From: a virus
DNA: 64,000 bases
Strand: one strand, 5' to 3'
IMG/VR virus record: IMGVR_UViG_3300013131_000024
Coordinates: 45,858-109,857 of that record
The notes below the pieces were generated by a model. It had not been told where the DNA came from. It searched no databases and was given only the letters and a program-made list of their open reading frames with translations. Positions 35,577 to 45,503 of the stretch are shown here, in pieces (position 1 is the first letter of the stretch; every line of letters begins with the position of its first letter). A program made the translations under genes and the position numbers.

Positions 35577-36570
35577 GAATAGGTATAATCTTTTTACTGT
35601 TGTTAATCTTTCTCTTCGGCATGACAGTTTCAACACTGCAAACACAAGAAGTTTGACTACATATCGCTGGTTTAATAGAGGGATTAAATTTTTTTGTAAA
35701 GTCTATATCATAAAGATTGTATGAGAAGTCATTTCCATATAAAACTTGATTACAACTTCCTTGTATGTTACCTTCTTTTGATACATTGACCCAATGAACA
35801 CCTACACTACATTCCCATCCATAAAAATTATTCAACTTTTTTAGTAGGATTTCGTTGTCCTTAAACTTATGTTTTTTATTATTTAAATCAGTTACCACTA
35901 CAGAACTTCTATAATATTTGTTATTTTTCCAAAAGAAAAACGGATTTACTTTACGTGCTCTATGTTTAGATAAAATTTTCTTTTGTTCTTCTGTATAATC
36001 TACAGTATTGTCGATAATTTCAACATACCTAATAGTCCATCTACGTCTACTACCTTTTAAGTATTCAACCAATTCTAAACACTTGTCCCATTCACGGGGA
36101 TCCATCATTACTGATACACTTACTACAATATTTTTCTCATACAAATGATCACATAGATTTCTAAATTCTTCCTTGTCGACAAATTCATGATGGCAACTCA
36201 TATGCACTCGATCAAAATACTTTGCGTTCTGTTCCCACCAGTCTAATTTCTTAGAACCGTTAGATGTCATAGATATTAAACAATTAAATTCTTCTTTAAG
36301 AAACTTTATAAACTCTGGTAATTTAGGCCAATGCGTAGGTTCACCGCCACAAAAATGAACATCGAATACTTTTTTATCTGTATAAGTTTTATAATAATTT
36401 ATAAAATGAGAAATATTTTGTTTTATTACATCTATATCAGGAAATTTATGAGTACCTACATTTGACCCTGGCCAACAATACCAACATTTGTAATTACAGT
36501 AATTGCCGAGATTTATGTCAATGTTTAATACTTCTTCTCGCCAATTATTCTTTATTTCGATTATATCCAT
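35566..36570 (-). CDS. radical SAM enzyme
   Basis: CNYKCWYC; GGEPT. Confidence 0.9.
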   Translation of the reverse strand: MDIIEIKNNWREEVLNIDINLGNYCNYKCWYCWPGSNVGTHKFPDIDVIKQNISHFINYYKTYTDKKVFDVHFCGGEPTHWPKLPEFIKFLKEEFNCLISMTSNGSKKLDWWEQNAKYFDRVHMSCHHEFVDKEEFRNLCDHLYEKNIVVSVSVMMDPREWDKCLELVEYLKGSRRRWTIRYVEIIDNTVDYTEEQKKILSKHRARKVNPFFFWKNNKYYRSSVVVTDLNNKKHKFKDNEILLKKLNNFYGWECSVGVHWVNVSKEGNIQGSCNQVLYGNDFSYNLYDIDFTKKFNPSIKPAICSQTSCVCSVETVMPKRKINNSKKIIPIHAN

Positions 36571-37267
36571 ATTGTACCATTTTAATATTTAATCTTGTCT
36601 TATCTCCTGGATAGTCGGTAATGATATCAGTTAGAGTATTTGCAAATAACTCATTTCCTTTTAAGGTATAATGATTACCTGACGGTTTTTTAAAATTTAA
36701 AAAATATTTTTCCTGTTCTTCTGCATATGTGTATAAAGGTATACCAATAGTAACTCCTTTATCAAAAGTATAATTAGAATAATCCCCATCAAACCCAAAA
36801 AAATGTACAATCTTTTCTATACTATATTTTTTAACTATATCGTCTAGTTCCTTAAACCATTGATGTACTGCCCAATTATAAAAATCAAATGACATTAGAT
36901 GTTTGTAATATTGAAATGCAGCTTGATGCACTTCATCGGGCATCTTATATTCTTTATCGTTTACATTAATTAACCTAGTTTCGACACTTCGAAAATTAAG
37001 ACCTACATCGTTATCATTCGGAATTCGATATGGTTCTGTATGACATACTATCAGTATTTTGGGTATGCTAATTTCCAATTCTTTTAAAATAATTTTCCTG
37101 TAAGACCACCAAGATCCGCCCGGCATTCCTTTGCCTCTCGGTTGTCTTTTTGAATTAAATGTCTCTCCTGTTAAATTACTAACTAGAATTTGAGGCCAGT
37201 GATATTTCTTGTTTCTGTCTGAACAAAAACTATCTCCGACTATTAATATATCATTCCAATTATACAT
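36545..37267 (-). CDS. SGNH-like protein
   Basis: VGDSF...NHY...GN. Confidence 0.6.
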   Translation of the reverse strand: MYNWNDILIVGDSFCSDRNKKYHWPQILVSNLTGETFNSKRQPRGKGMPGGSWWSYRKIILKELEISIPKILIVCHTEPYRIPNDNDVGLNFRSVETRLINVNDKEYKMPDEVHQAAFQYYKHLMSFDFYNWAVHQWFKELDDIVKKYSIEKIVHFFGFDGDYSNYTFDKGVTIGIPLYTYAEEQEKYFLNFKKPSGNHYTLKGNELFANTLTDIITDYPGDKTRLNIKMVQYGYNRNKE

Positions 37268-37298
37268 GCTTATACTTTACATCCGTCTAAATTTATTT

Positions 37299-37955
37299 CT
37301 AATCGCACTTAGCTCGATCTCTTAAGAAATGTTTTACAACTCCGTAAGGTTTATGATACGGAATATCGTTGCTTATATTTAAAAACTCTAAAATCTGTTT
37401 GGCAAATGCTTGATTGCATTCTATACCCGGATGACATTTATCAAGAGCATAAGGATAAAATTCACTTAATCTAATAATATAAACAGGAATATGTCTAACT
37501 GTGTCATTTGACAATGTTAATATTGTGTTTATAGAATCTTTAACAATTAAATTATATGTTTGTATATTTTTAGATTTTAAAAACACGTTAGCATGGTTAA
37601 CAAATAATTTTGACATTAGATTAGCATCAAAAACATCATAAAAATCTTTGTAGTACTCGCAATCAGATCTTACATTAATATCAATGACGCGATCTTGTTT
37701 TATAATTGCACTTCGATCTGGGTACGACCATAAAATAAAAACAGTATCTGTTTCAATAAAATTAAAATTAAGTATAGTATTCCAGATTCGTTTATTACTA
37801 GATCCCGGACTAGCCATGTTTATACAATGTCTATTCATATATTTTGCAAGAATAGTAGGCCATCCTAATTGACTAGGAGTAGGACACGGGTTAACACAAT
37901 CAGGAAGACCTTGTCCATATGTCAACGAGCATCCAAAAGTTATCAATCTTTCCAT
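37299..37955 (-). CDS. SGNH-like protein
   Basis: FGCSLT, NMASPGSSN, DKCHPG. Confidence 0.65.
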   Translation of the reverse strand: MERLITFGCSLTYGQGLPDCVNPCPTPSQLGWPTILAKYMNRHCINMASPGSSNKRIWNTILNFNFIETDTVFILWSYPDRSAIIKQDRVIDINVRSDCEYYKDFYDVFDANLMSKLFVNHANVFLKSKNIQTYNLIVKDSINTILTLSNDTVRHIPVYIIRLSEFYPYALDKCHPGIECNQAFAKQILEFLNISNDIPYHKPYGVVKHFLRDRAKCD

Positions 37956-38926
37956 TTTGGTATCTTACTGTCTGCTGAACTAACACATGTTGGGGTGATA
38001 CAAATTTTTGATTCTTTAAAAAGTTCAAAATTAGTTATAGTACCTAATGATATATCTTGACAACTATACGATCTTTTAACTTCACTACCTCTTATTATGA
38101 TACTTTGATATCCTGAATTGCAATTCCATCCGGTGAATTTGTTAAATCCGTAAGCATTAAATCGTTCAGCTTGATCAATTAAATATTCTTTTTCGTTTTT
38201 ATCGTAAAGAGATATCTGATACACATCTTCACCGTTCGTTTGTTGAGGAAATCCGGTTTTCATCAGTCTGGTCATCTCATCGGTATAACCATCTACTACA
38301 CAACTTGCAGTAGGATCACTCTGCGGTTTTAAAGTCACATTGATTCCTCTTCGATATAATCGTTCGCAACGTTCGTATAATTCGTAAAATTTTTCCGGTA
38401 CCATTACTTGATTAACTGTTAAGAAAACATTTTCATAAATTAACTGTAAACATTTATCTCCAAATTCTTGTTCTTTAGCATGTTCTGCATGATAACTAGC
38501 AGTTATACTACGGCGTTGTAAATCTTTAGTAATACTACACCAAGATCCCCACCATTTCGACCCTGGACTAAGGTTCGTAGTCATATGAACACTTTGGTAT
38601 GGGGTTGTTGGACCATCATCTAAATATTGTATTAGATGTAAGAGATCTTTATAAGCAGTAGGTTCTCCGCCGCTAAAACTCCAATGAAACTCCATGAAAT
38701 CATTTTGCCTAGCCTGACGTTTAATTTCATCTATGGTGCGTTTATAAACTGCAAGTTCTTGATGGTCAAGTTCATCGCTTCGAGCATAAGGCCAACAATA
38801 AGAACAATTATAATTACAGAATCTTCCCAATATCCAGCTTACAGAAAACAAAGGACGAGACAACATAGTTCGTTGTCCAAATTTAACAATATGTTGAAAA
38901 GGAATTTTTTGAAAATCGTGCGTCAT
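37943..38926 (-). CDS. radical SAM enzyme
   Basis: CNYNCSYC; SGGEPT. Confidence 0.9.
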   Translation of the reverse strand: MTHDFQKIPFQHIVKFGQRTMLSRPLFSVSWILGRFCNYNCSYCWPYARSDELDHQELAVYKRTIDEIKRQARQNDFMEFHWSFSGGEPTAYKDLLHLIQYLDDGPTTPYQSVHMTTNLSPGSKWWGSWCSITKDLQRRSITASYHAEHAKEQEFGDKCLQLIYENVFLTVNQVMVPEKFYELYERCERLYRRGINVTLKPQSDPTASCVVDGYTDEMTRLMKTGFPQQTNGEDVYQISLYDKNEKEYLIDQAERFNAYGFNKFTGWNCNSGYQSIIIRGSEVKRSYSCQDISLGTITNFELFKESKICITPTCVSSADSKIPKWKD

Positions 38927-38954
38927 AAACTGCTAATATTTAACCTATAAAAGG

Positions 38955-38983
38955 TTGCTTTAAAGATTTTAAGGTTATATAAT
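38955..38983 (+). promoter_or_regulatory. sigma70-type promoter for the tRNA-like RNA
   Basis: TTGCTT-17-TATAAT; predicted +1 about 38990. Confidence 0.7.
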
Positions 38984-38989
38984 ATACTT

Positions 38990-39100
38990 GTGGTCGTGAG
39001 TGGAATTGGCAGACCTCCGGTCCGTTGCGAAACGCACTTGGGTTATGGGGCGCCGTCTTAGACACAGCCTTTGTAGGTTCGAATCCTACCGACCACACCA
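38990..39100 (+). tRNA. atypical tRNA-Leu(TAG)-like RNA with ~35-nt extra arm between D and anticodon arms
   Basis: 7-bp acceptor, Leu-type D loop, GCCGT-CTTAGAC-ACAGC arm, perfect T arm, ACCA. Confidence 0.7.
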
Positions 39101-39143
39101 TATTCTATGATAAGTAGAATACTACTAACAAAAGGAAAACATT

Positions 39144-39347
39144 ATGTCAAATACAGTAGAACAATTAAAAGCAGCGTTTGAAGAATTCTTAGCTGAAGAT
39201 TCAAAATTTTCTTCGGGAAATAATGCAGCAGGTACACGTAGTCGTAAAGCATTACAGGAAGTAGCCAAACTTGTCAAGGCTCGTCGCAATGAAATCACCG
39301 AAGAAAAAAACGCTCGCAAAGAAGCCAAAGCCTCAACAAAGGGCTGA
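39144..39347 (+). CDS. histone H1-like (Hc1-type) small basic protein
   Basis: KFSSGNNAAGTRSRKALQE. Confidence 0.7.
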   Translation: MSNTVEQLKAAFEEFLAEDSKFSSGNNAAGTRSRKALQEVAKLVKARRNEITEEKNARKEAKASTKG

Positions 39348-39348
39348 T

Positions 39349-39849
39349 ATGGATGACAAGGACCTACTGACCTTCGGTGGTACAGACAGCATTACGGTTA
39401 CTGACACTATTACTCTTGACCTAGACTTTGGTGCTGCCCAACCAGCTTTAACTACTATAGGGTTCGATACTATTAGTTTAGATGATATAGTCAATACATC
39501 ATCGACCATAACATTGCCTTCTTCCTCAACGTACACAATTAATACCGGAGGTAGTAGTTCTATAGGTGGAGGAGTATACACTACTTCTGGTACAGGTTAT
39601 ACTTGGAATCAAAGCTATGCCCCTACAGTTAATATTGACAACGATGGTGTCAATATTAAAGATGGTGGTGATCTTAAGATAGGCAATAAAAGTCTCAAAG
39701 AGTTTATGACCAAGATGGAAGAACGTTTGTCCATTTTGGTCCCGGATCCAGAAAGACTAGAAAAGTTTGAAGCACTGAAAAAAGCCTACGAACACTACAA
39801 AACTATGGAAGCACTGTGTTTTCCAGACGAGAAAGACAAGAAAGAATGA
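39349..39849 (+). CDS. hypothetical phage protein
   Basis: ORF; T/S/G-rich N-half and helical C-terminus. Confidence 0.75.
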   Translation: MDDKDLLTFGGTDSITVTDTITLDLDFGAAQPALTTIGFDTISLDDIVNTSSTITLPSSSTYTINTGGSSSIGGGVYTTSGTGYTWNQSYAPTVNIDNDGVNIKDGGDLKIGNKSLKEFMTKMEERLSILVPDPERLEKFEALKKAYEHYKTMEALCFPDEKDKKE

Positions 39850-40529
39850 ATGTTAAACTGGTATCCTATTCACAACCAACAGCGGAATTTGCAGATATGG
39901 GAATCGCAGATGCGCAGGAACTCATTGCGTATTGCGCCCGTGTCAGCAACCCATCAAACCAATTCAATACAGAGACATCAGAGAAGCTTATACGATATCT
40001 TGTTAAACACGCACACTGGAGTCCCCTTGAAATGGTTTCAGCCTGTGTTGAAATTACCACAACAAGAGATATTGCTAGACAGATCCTTAGACACAGATCA
40101 TTCTCCTTCCAAGAGTTCAGTCAGCGATATGCTGACCCTACTAAAGATCTCTCGTTCGTACTGCGAGAAGCACGACTCCAAGATCCAAAGAACAGACAGA
40201 ACAGCGTCCCTTTGGACGGTACACTCGGCCATGCAATCGTACAAGACGAATGGGAACGCAGACAAAAAGAGCTTATCTCAATGGCCAGACAAACCTATGA
40301 ATGGGCTATCAATAAAGGCATAGCCAAAGAACAGGCTCGTGCTGTACTACCAGAAGGTCTAATCGAAAGCAAACTTTATATGAACGGTACTCTGCGTTCA
40401 TGGGTTCATTTTATTGAATTGCGTTCCGGCAATGGTACACAGAAAGAACATCAGTTAGTGGCGCTGGCCTGTGCTAAAGCTATCTCTGCTATTTTTCCTA
40501 TGACCGAAAGTTTAATACAAAATGCATGA
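39846..40529 (+). CDS. thyX: FAD-dependent thymidylate synthase
   Basis: HWSPLE and RHRSFSFQEFSQRY motifs. Confidence 0.95.
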   Translation: MNVKLVSYSQPTAEFADMGIADAQELIAYCARVSNPSNQFNTETSEKLIRYLVKHAHWSPLEMVSACVEITTTRDIARQILRHRSFSFQEFSQRYADPTKDLSFVLREARLQDPKNRQNSVPLDGTLGHAIVQDEWERRQKELISMARQTYEWAINKGIAKEQARAVLPEGLIESKLYMNGTLRSWVHFIELRSGNGTQKEHQLVALACAKAISAIFPMTESLIQNA

Positions 40530-40905
40530 TGAACTGTATATGTTCTGCAAGAATTACGAAGTGCAGATACTAAACGATCAGAAACGCAGGGCAAGATATC
40601 ACCCTCCCCGTTTTTTTACAGATCCAGAACGTGCTGATCTTATTCGTAATGATGTCGTAGAGTATGAAACTGAAAAAGTCATCACTATGGATATTCCAGA
40701 AAGCAGACTACGTGCATTGATTGAAATGGAAAGACGCTTCTTCAAATGGCAGAATCACAACAGAGGCGAAATAGATATGTTCCAAACACTAATGGACAAA
40801 GAGCGAGAAGAAGCACACTATCGTCATACCAATCCTGCCGTCCAAAAAGCCTATGAGCAGTATTCAATCATGCTCAATCTAGCTGGCTACCAAAGAAAAT
40901 TTTGA
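40522..40905 (+). CDS. hypothetical protein
   Basis: ORF overlapping thyX end. Confidence 0.75.
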   Translation: MHDELYMFCKNYEVQILNDQKRRARYHPPRFFTDPERADLIRNDVVEYETEKVITMDIPESRLRALIEMERRFFKWQNHNRGEIDMFQTLMDKEREEAHYRHTNPAVQKAYEQYSIMLNLAGYQRKF

Positions 40906-40923
40906 TTCATTTTGATATAATCA

Positions 40924-40952
40924 TTGACAGGTTTTGACAGAGATCGTATAAT
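40924..40952 (+). promoter_or_regulatory. sigma70 consensus promoter
   Basis: TTGACA-17-TATAAT. Confidence 0.8.
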
Positions 40953-40978
40953 TAAGTTGTTCGACAGAAAGAAATTAT

Positions 40979-41794
40979 ATGAGAAACTATTGGACTTGCT
41001 CAAAATTTGCGGATTGGATCCGCGGTACTACCAAAATCAAATGTGGTACAGGTAAAGAATGGCGTGAATGGGAAGAGGCTGCTAAGGCCCGATATCCCGT
41101 TCGTTGGTGGATTGCAGAAGAGGGTTTAGATAAACTGCAAGACGTTTGGTGCTATATTCCTGAAAGGATCAACGATGTACGCTATTATGTCAACAATCGC
41201 TGGATCACTAAGGCCCACGCTCTCACTGCTCACCCAAATGATATTCCTCGTGGCGAGTGGCGTGATGTTGGCAACCGTTTTCTTCCATGTCTTTTTAACG
41301 AACTTGTGGATTTTGTTGAAGTAGAGCAGGCCTGGCATCACTGTGTTTGGGATGATGAAGCTCGTAAAAAATATAATTATCCTTGGTGGCGTCGTTGGTA
41401 TCGCAACTGGCGCTGTCCAGAAGCTGGTATCGCCTATCTACATTGGGCCATGACCCTAACCAACGAGGAGTTTTTGGATGAAGATCAAAAACACCTAGCC
41501 GAACCAACCTATCAGGCCAAAGCTGCTCGAGAAATCCTAGAGCTTTACACCTGGTGGAAAGAAGTCTACCCAAAGCGTCCTGATGTATACGATGCCAGCG
41601 GGTGGAGTGCTTACTGTGATATGCGTCGTGAGAAAGGTTATCATCTTCTTGATATGGAGGAAAAAACTCCTGAAGAAGCAGAAATGCGGGATACTGCCTT
41701 AGCCAAAAGTAATGAAATAGAAGCAGCATACAATAAAGAAGATGAAGAAATGATGATCCGTCTTATAAAAATCCGTGAATCACTTTGGACCTAA
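40979..41794 (+). CDS. hypothetical Trp-rich phage protein
   Basis: 271 aa ORF after promoter. Confidence 0.85.
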   Translation: MRNYWTCSKFADWIRGTTKIKCGTGKEWREWEEAAKARYPVRWWIAEEGLDKLQDVWCYIPERINDVRYYVNNRWITKAHALTAHPNDIPRGEWRDVGNRFLPCLFNELVDFVEVEQAWHHCVWDDEARKKYNYPWWRRWYRNWRCPEAGIAYLHWAMTLTNEEFLDEDQKHLAEPTYQAKAAREILELYTWWKEVYPKRPDVYDASGWSAYCDMRREKGYHLLDMEEKTPEEAEMRDTALAKSNEIEAAYNKEDEEMMIRLIKIRESLWT

Positions 41795-41795
41795 T

Positions 41796-42017
41796 ATGGC
41801 TATAATTGATAAGAACGCTAAAAGCACAGACGAGCTGTATTCAAAATATTTACAATTTACAGGTCTTATGCTTGAAGAATACGATGCGATAGAAATAGCA
41901 GCTATTATGGCTGTTCAGGCTCTTAGTTTATATCGTACTTGCATGTCTGAGGAAGATTATCAACGTATGGTTAAAAGTATATACGATCAAAGAGATCAAG
42001 TTCAAACTTTTGAATAA
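41796..42017 (+). CDS. hypothetical protein
   Basis: ORF in operon. Confidence 0.7.
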   Translation: MAIIDKNAKSTDELYSKYLQFTGLMLEEYDAIEIAAIMAVQALSLYRTCMSEEDYQRMVKSIYDQRDQVQTFE

Positions 42018-42363
42018 TATGGAAACACAAACACCAGCAGAAGGCATACTCAAGAAAAACGATTGGGGTGATGCGAAAATGTATCATGTGGTCTGCGATT
42101 GCGGAGCAGACGATCACACTCAAGATCTCTGGATCGAAGCCGAAGACATAGGAATAACTGTAATTATCTATGCTACTGTAAAATCTCCTTGGTGGTCTAT
42201 GAATCGTTTTAAACAAATTTGGAAATTACTTACAGATGGTTATTTAGAACAACAAACTGTGCTAACCATGAATGAACAAACTGCTTTTAATTATTCAGAA
42301 ACATTAAAGAAAGCTATTCAAGATGTCCGACAATTCAGAGAAGACCGTGTCAAAAAGTCCTGA
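42010..42363 (+). CDS. hypothetical protein
   Basis: ORF; CDC..DDH motif. Confidence 0.7.
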   Translation: MNNMETQTPAEGILKKNDWGDAKMYHVVCDCGADDHTQDLWIEAEDIGITVIIYATVKSPWWSMNRFKQIWKLLTDGYLEQQTVLTMNEQTAFNYSETLKKAIQDVRQFREDRVKKS

Positions 42364-42886
42364 TCGACATACCTTCCAAAAGGAAGGATACGTCAAACGG
42401 CAGGAAGAAAAGGGCGAACCCATCAACGAAGACTATCTAGATTATTTCGAAAAGATAATCGAAGAATCTAATCATAAGTTTGACGATCCCCAAAGCAGAA
42501 TCCGTAATATGGAGTACGATCTCCTAACCACTGATTGGATTCTGGAAAAAGTTCGAGCCAACGAAGCCTATGCCCAAAACTTATATGCGGCCATGTGTAA
42601 TAATGGTTTTATTCGTTTAGAAGTTATCCCCGTTCTTTTAGAAGAAGAATGGTCATGCTCTTGGCGTTATGCCGGAGGTATAATCGCAGACATGAGACAA
42701 GAAGGCGACTACATTGATTGGTACTGTTCTGGTATTCGAGATATATCGCACGATGAAGAAGAAAACAAAGTCTGGGGCAATAGACAGTATGTATCAGAAG
42801 GCATGATAACTGACGAGATCCGGACAGATCTCCAGAGTCTTGGTTGGGCAGTGGCGCCTGATGGAGATTGGACTAAATTTGAATAA
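42323..42886 (+). CDS. hypothetical phage protein
   Basis: ORF; YAQNLYAAMCNN...WSCSWR...YIDWYCSG. Confidence 0.8.
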   Translation: MSDNSEKTVSKSPDRHTFQKEGYVKRQEEKGEPINEDYLDYFEKIIEESNHKFDDPQSRIRNMEYDLLTTDWILEKVRANEAYAQNLYAAMCNNGFIRLEVIPVLLEEEWSCSWRYAGGIIADMRQEGDYIDWYCSGIRDISHDEEENKVWGNRQYVSEGMITDEIRTDLQSLGWAVAPDGDWTKFE

Positions 42887-42911
42887 CTTAATAGGAGAAA
42901 AGTGAAAGAAA

Positions 42912-43106
42912 ATGACCTGGGAACTGTATGAGGTCTGGACCGAAGATGAAGACGGTCATCAAGAATTAATTGATACAACCAAAAGCAAAAAGGAAGCAGA
43001 GGATATCGCTCAAAGAACTTTGATAGAAGGTGCTTATTTGGTTTTGGTTATGAAAGAAACCCAAGACGGTGAAATAGAAGAAATAGACCGATTGACATTG
43101 GGTTAA
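42912..43106 (+). CDS. small acidic hypothetical protein
   Basis: ORF with GGAG upstream. Confidence 0.7.
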   Translation: MTWELYEVWTEDEDGHQELIDTTKSKKEAEDIAQRTLIEGAYLVLVMKETQDGEIEEIDRLTLG

Positions 43107-43120
43107 TTTGGTGTTATAAT
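43092..43120 (+). promoter_or_regulatory. sigma70 consensus promoter
   Basis: TTGACA-17-TATAAT, TGn. Confidence 0.85.
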
Positions 43121-43149
43121 ATATACACTGTAAACAATAGGAGCAATAA

Positions 43150-44334
43150 ATGGCTAAGTCTGCAATTAAGACTCGTGTTTCCAAAAAACACGTAGCAGAA
43201 CATCGATCAAATTCTAAACGAGATCTTAGTCCAAAATGGGATGGACATGAAACGATGTCCACCGACGATTTTTATATGCACTTTCGTCGTTCTATGAATT
43301 ACTATCGAGTAGAGTTCAGTGGACGCGATCTCAAACCGAAAGTCATTAATTGGATGGGTGCTAACGGTTATACCAAAGACCAAATCAAAGCATTTAAAGA
43401 TACCAAAGACTTTCGCTGTAATGGAACTATGGGCGCGATCGCAGCTAATCTTTTGCGTGGAATGCCTGTCGTTCGTAAAGATTTTAACGAAGGTCGTAGC
43501 ACTGAAAAATGGCTTCGTGAATCAATTGACAAAATTATATTAGAAGGCAAAGACGATTACGAGCCCGAAGTAGTTGAAGATAAAGCTGCCGTTCCTGTAA
43601 TGTCGATCCAGGATCGAGTCCGTGAAGCCACCTTTGCAATGACTGAAGAACTAGAAGAAACTATTGAGTCATTCAGCCAAGATCCGGAAGCATTTGATCC
43701 TAAATCGTTCAAAGTTCTTAATCTCCTGCGAGGGAAACAGACCAAAGCTGCTCACGCTCGTATTATCAAAGATTACTACCAACGACAATATAATGAATAT
43801 ATTGAGCTACAAGAAGGTAAATGCGAACAGCTCAAAGAAGCTTATCGTCATCTAAGCAAGGCTCAGATAAAGAAAATCGTAGCGTTTTATCAAGAAATCC
43901 TCTCAGCCTGCGATATGCTGATGCAGGAAGCTAAGGTCAATCGTAAGCCTCGTGCTAAAAAGTCTAAACCTGTTGAGAAGATCGTTGAAAAACTAAAGTA
44001 TCTTAAACAAGATGATAAACTTAAACTTGTTTCTATCAATCCAACTGATATCGTAGGCTGTAAAGAATTATGGGTTTTTAATATTAAAACACGTAAATTA
44101 GGTAGATATTCTGCATCAGAGTTTGGAGAAATAAGTATTAAAGGAACATCCATCACTGGCTTTGATGATATCCGATCTGTACAAAAGACTTTGCGTAAAC
44201 CGGAAGATCAGTTAAAAGAATTTAAAAATGCCGGTAAAGTAGCATTGCGGAAGTTCTTAGAAGATATTAAAGCTGTAGATATCAAACTAAATGGACGTAT
44301 TAATGAAGATACAATACTGTTAAAAACTCAGTAA
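43150..44334 (+). CDS. hypothetical phage protein
   Basis: 394 aa; AGGAG SD. Confidence 0.85.
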   Translation: MAKSAIKTRVSKKHVAEHRSNSKRDLSPKWDGHETMSTDDFYMHFRRSMNYYRVEFSGRDLKPKVINWMGANGYTKDQIKAFKDTKDFRCNGTMGAIAANLLRGMPVVRKDFNEGRSTEKWLRESIDKIILEGKDDYEPEVVEDKAAVPVMSIQDRVREATFAMTEELEETIESFSQDPEAFDPKSFKVLNLLRGKQTKAAHARIIKDYYQRQYNEYIELQEGKCEQLKEAYRHLSKAQIKKIVAFYQEILSACDMLMQEAKVNRKPRAKKSKPVEKIVEKLKYLKQDDKLKLVSINPTDIVGCKELWVFNIKTRKLGRYSASEFGEISIKGTSITGFDDIRSVQKTLRKPEDQLKEFKNAGKVALRKFLEDIKAVDIKLNGRINEDTILLKTQ

Positions 44335-44351
44335 ATAGTAAAGTAGATCCT

Positions 44352-44378
44352 AAAAAGCGGGCTACGGCCCGCTTTTTT
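44352..44378 (+). terminator. intrinsic (bidirectional) terminator
   Basis: AAAAAGCGGGC-TACG-GCCCGCTTTTTT. Confidence 0.9.
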
Positions 44379-44400
44379 ATTGGCAGATAAATATAATACT

Positions 44401-45501
44401 ATGAGCAATAATCACATCGATCGAGCATTAGCAGCGTTAGGCGACGCTATAAAAGCGATAGAATCTAACACCGTTATAGATTATAAAGAACTTTCTAGAA
44501 AATTTCCATTGAAATCTCTAAGTGGAGATCATATAGTTGGAGGTAAAATCCAGAACTTTTCTAGTTCAGGTATTACAGATAATTCAAATAAAACACAACT
44601 TACTATTAATAATGATGGTGTTCATATTGCTACACTAACTGTAGATAAAATAGATAATCTAAGTGTAAGCGGCACTCTAAAAACAAAGATATTAGAAGTT
44701 GATGAAATCAAAGCAGATATAAAATTTGAGAAAAATGTTCCTATAGTATTCTCGGCCGATGATTTAGATGGTAAAGGTTTGCTTTGGGCTGGCAAGGGAT
44801 TTACAAAACAATTTGTATTTTCATCTAACCCTGACAGATTTTTTATGTCAGAAAATTTAGAATTTGCCAAAGGCAAAAGCATCACAGTTAATAATGTTAA
44901 ATTAATAGATGAAAAATCAATAGGTCCTAGTATAACCAAAAGTAATTTGCAAGAATTAGGAAGATTAAAAGGTTTAATCGTTGATGGCTCTATGGTTATA
45001 GATCAATACATAGTTTATAGCAGTGATACAAATAGATTAGGATTAGGTATAGAAGAACCTAATAGTGCTCTTAGTGTTGCTGAAGACGGTATAGAAATAG
45101 TCATAGGCACTAGAGATCATGTAAAAGGATATGTAGGTACATATGCGAGCAACGATTTTGATATCGTTACAGATAACACATCCAGATTATCTATAACTTC
45201 GGGCGGTAATATTACTTTAGGCAACCCTAAAATTGCTCCTGTAAAAGTTTCAGTTCATGGAAGACTATCAGTTAGAGTATCTACTCCGGATCCAGAAGTT
45301 GATTTACATGTGAATGGGTCTGTAAAATTCAATAACAAATTACAAACCGTAGGTAATCATTCCCCTACAGCTGGATCATACAATCCGGGAGACATAGTTT
45401 GGAATTCAGATCCAAAAATAAATCAATATGTTGGTTGGATATGTGTACAAGCTGGTAGTCCAGGAATATGGGAACCATTTGGAAAAATTGGAAATTCTTA
45501 A
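44401..45501 (+). CDS. virion structural / fibre-like protein
   Basis: RLGLGIEEPNSAL, GDIVWNSDP...GWICVQAGSPG. Confidence 0.7.
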   Translation: MSNNHIDRALAALGDAIKAIESNTVIDYKELSRKFPLKSLSGDHIVGGKIQNFSSSGITDNSNKTQLTINNDGVHIATLTVDKIDNLSVSGTLKTKILEVDEIKADIKFEKNVPIVFSADDLDGKGLLWAGKGFTKQFVFSSNPDRFFMSENLEFAKGKSITVNNVKLIDEKSIGPSITKSNLQELGRLKGLIVDGSMVIDQYIVYSSDTNRLGLGIEEPNSALSVAEDGIEIVIGTRDHVKGYVGTYASNDFDIVTDNTSRLSITSGGNITLGNPKIAPVKVSVHGRLSVRVSTPDPEVDLHVNGSVKFNNKLQTVGNHSPTAGSYNPGDIVWNSDPKINQYVGWICVQAGSPGIWEPFGKIGNS

Positions 45502-45503
45502 TT

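Noticed and set aside
14653-38926. RiPP cluster with a precursor peptide
   Set aside because: Genes are tightly packed and no short precursor-like ORF or RRE/peptidase/transporter gene was identified; cannot be fully excluded
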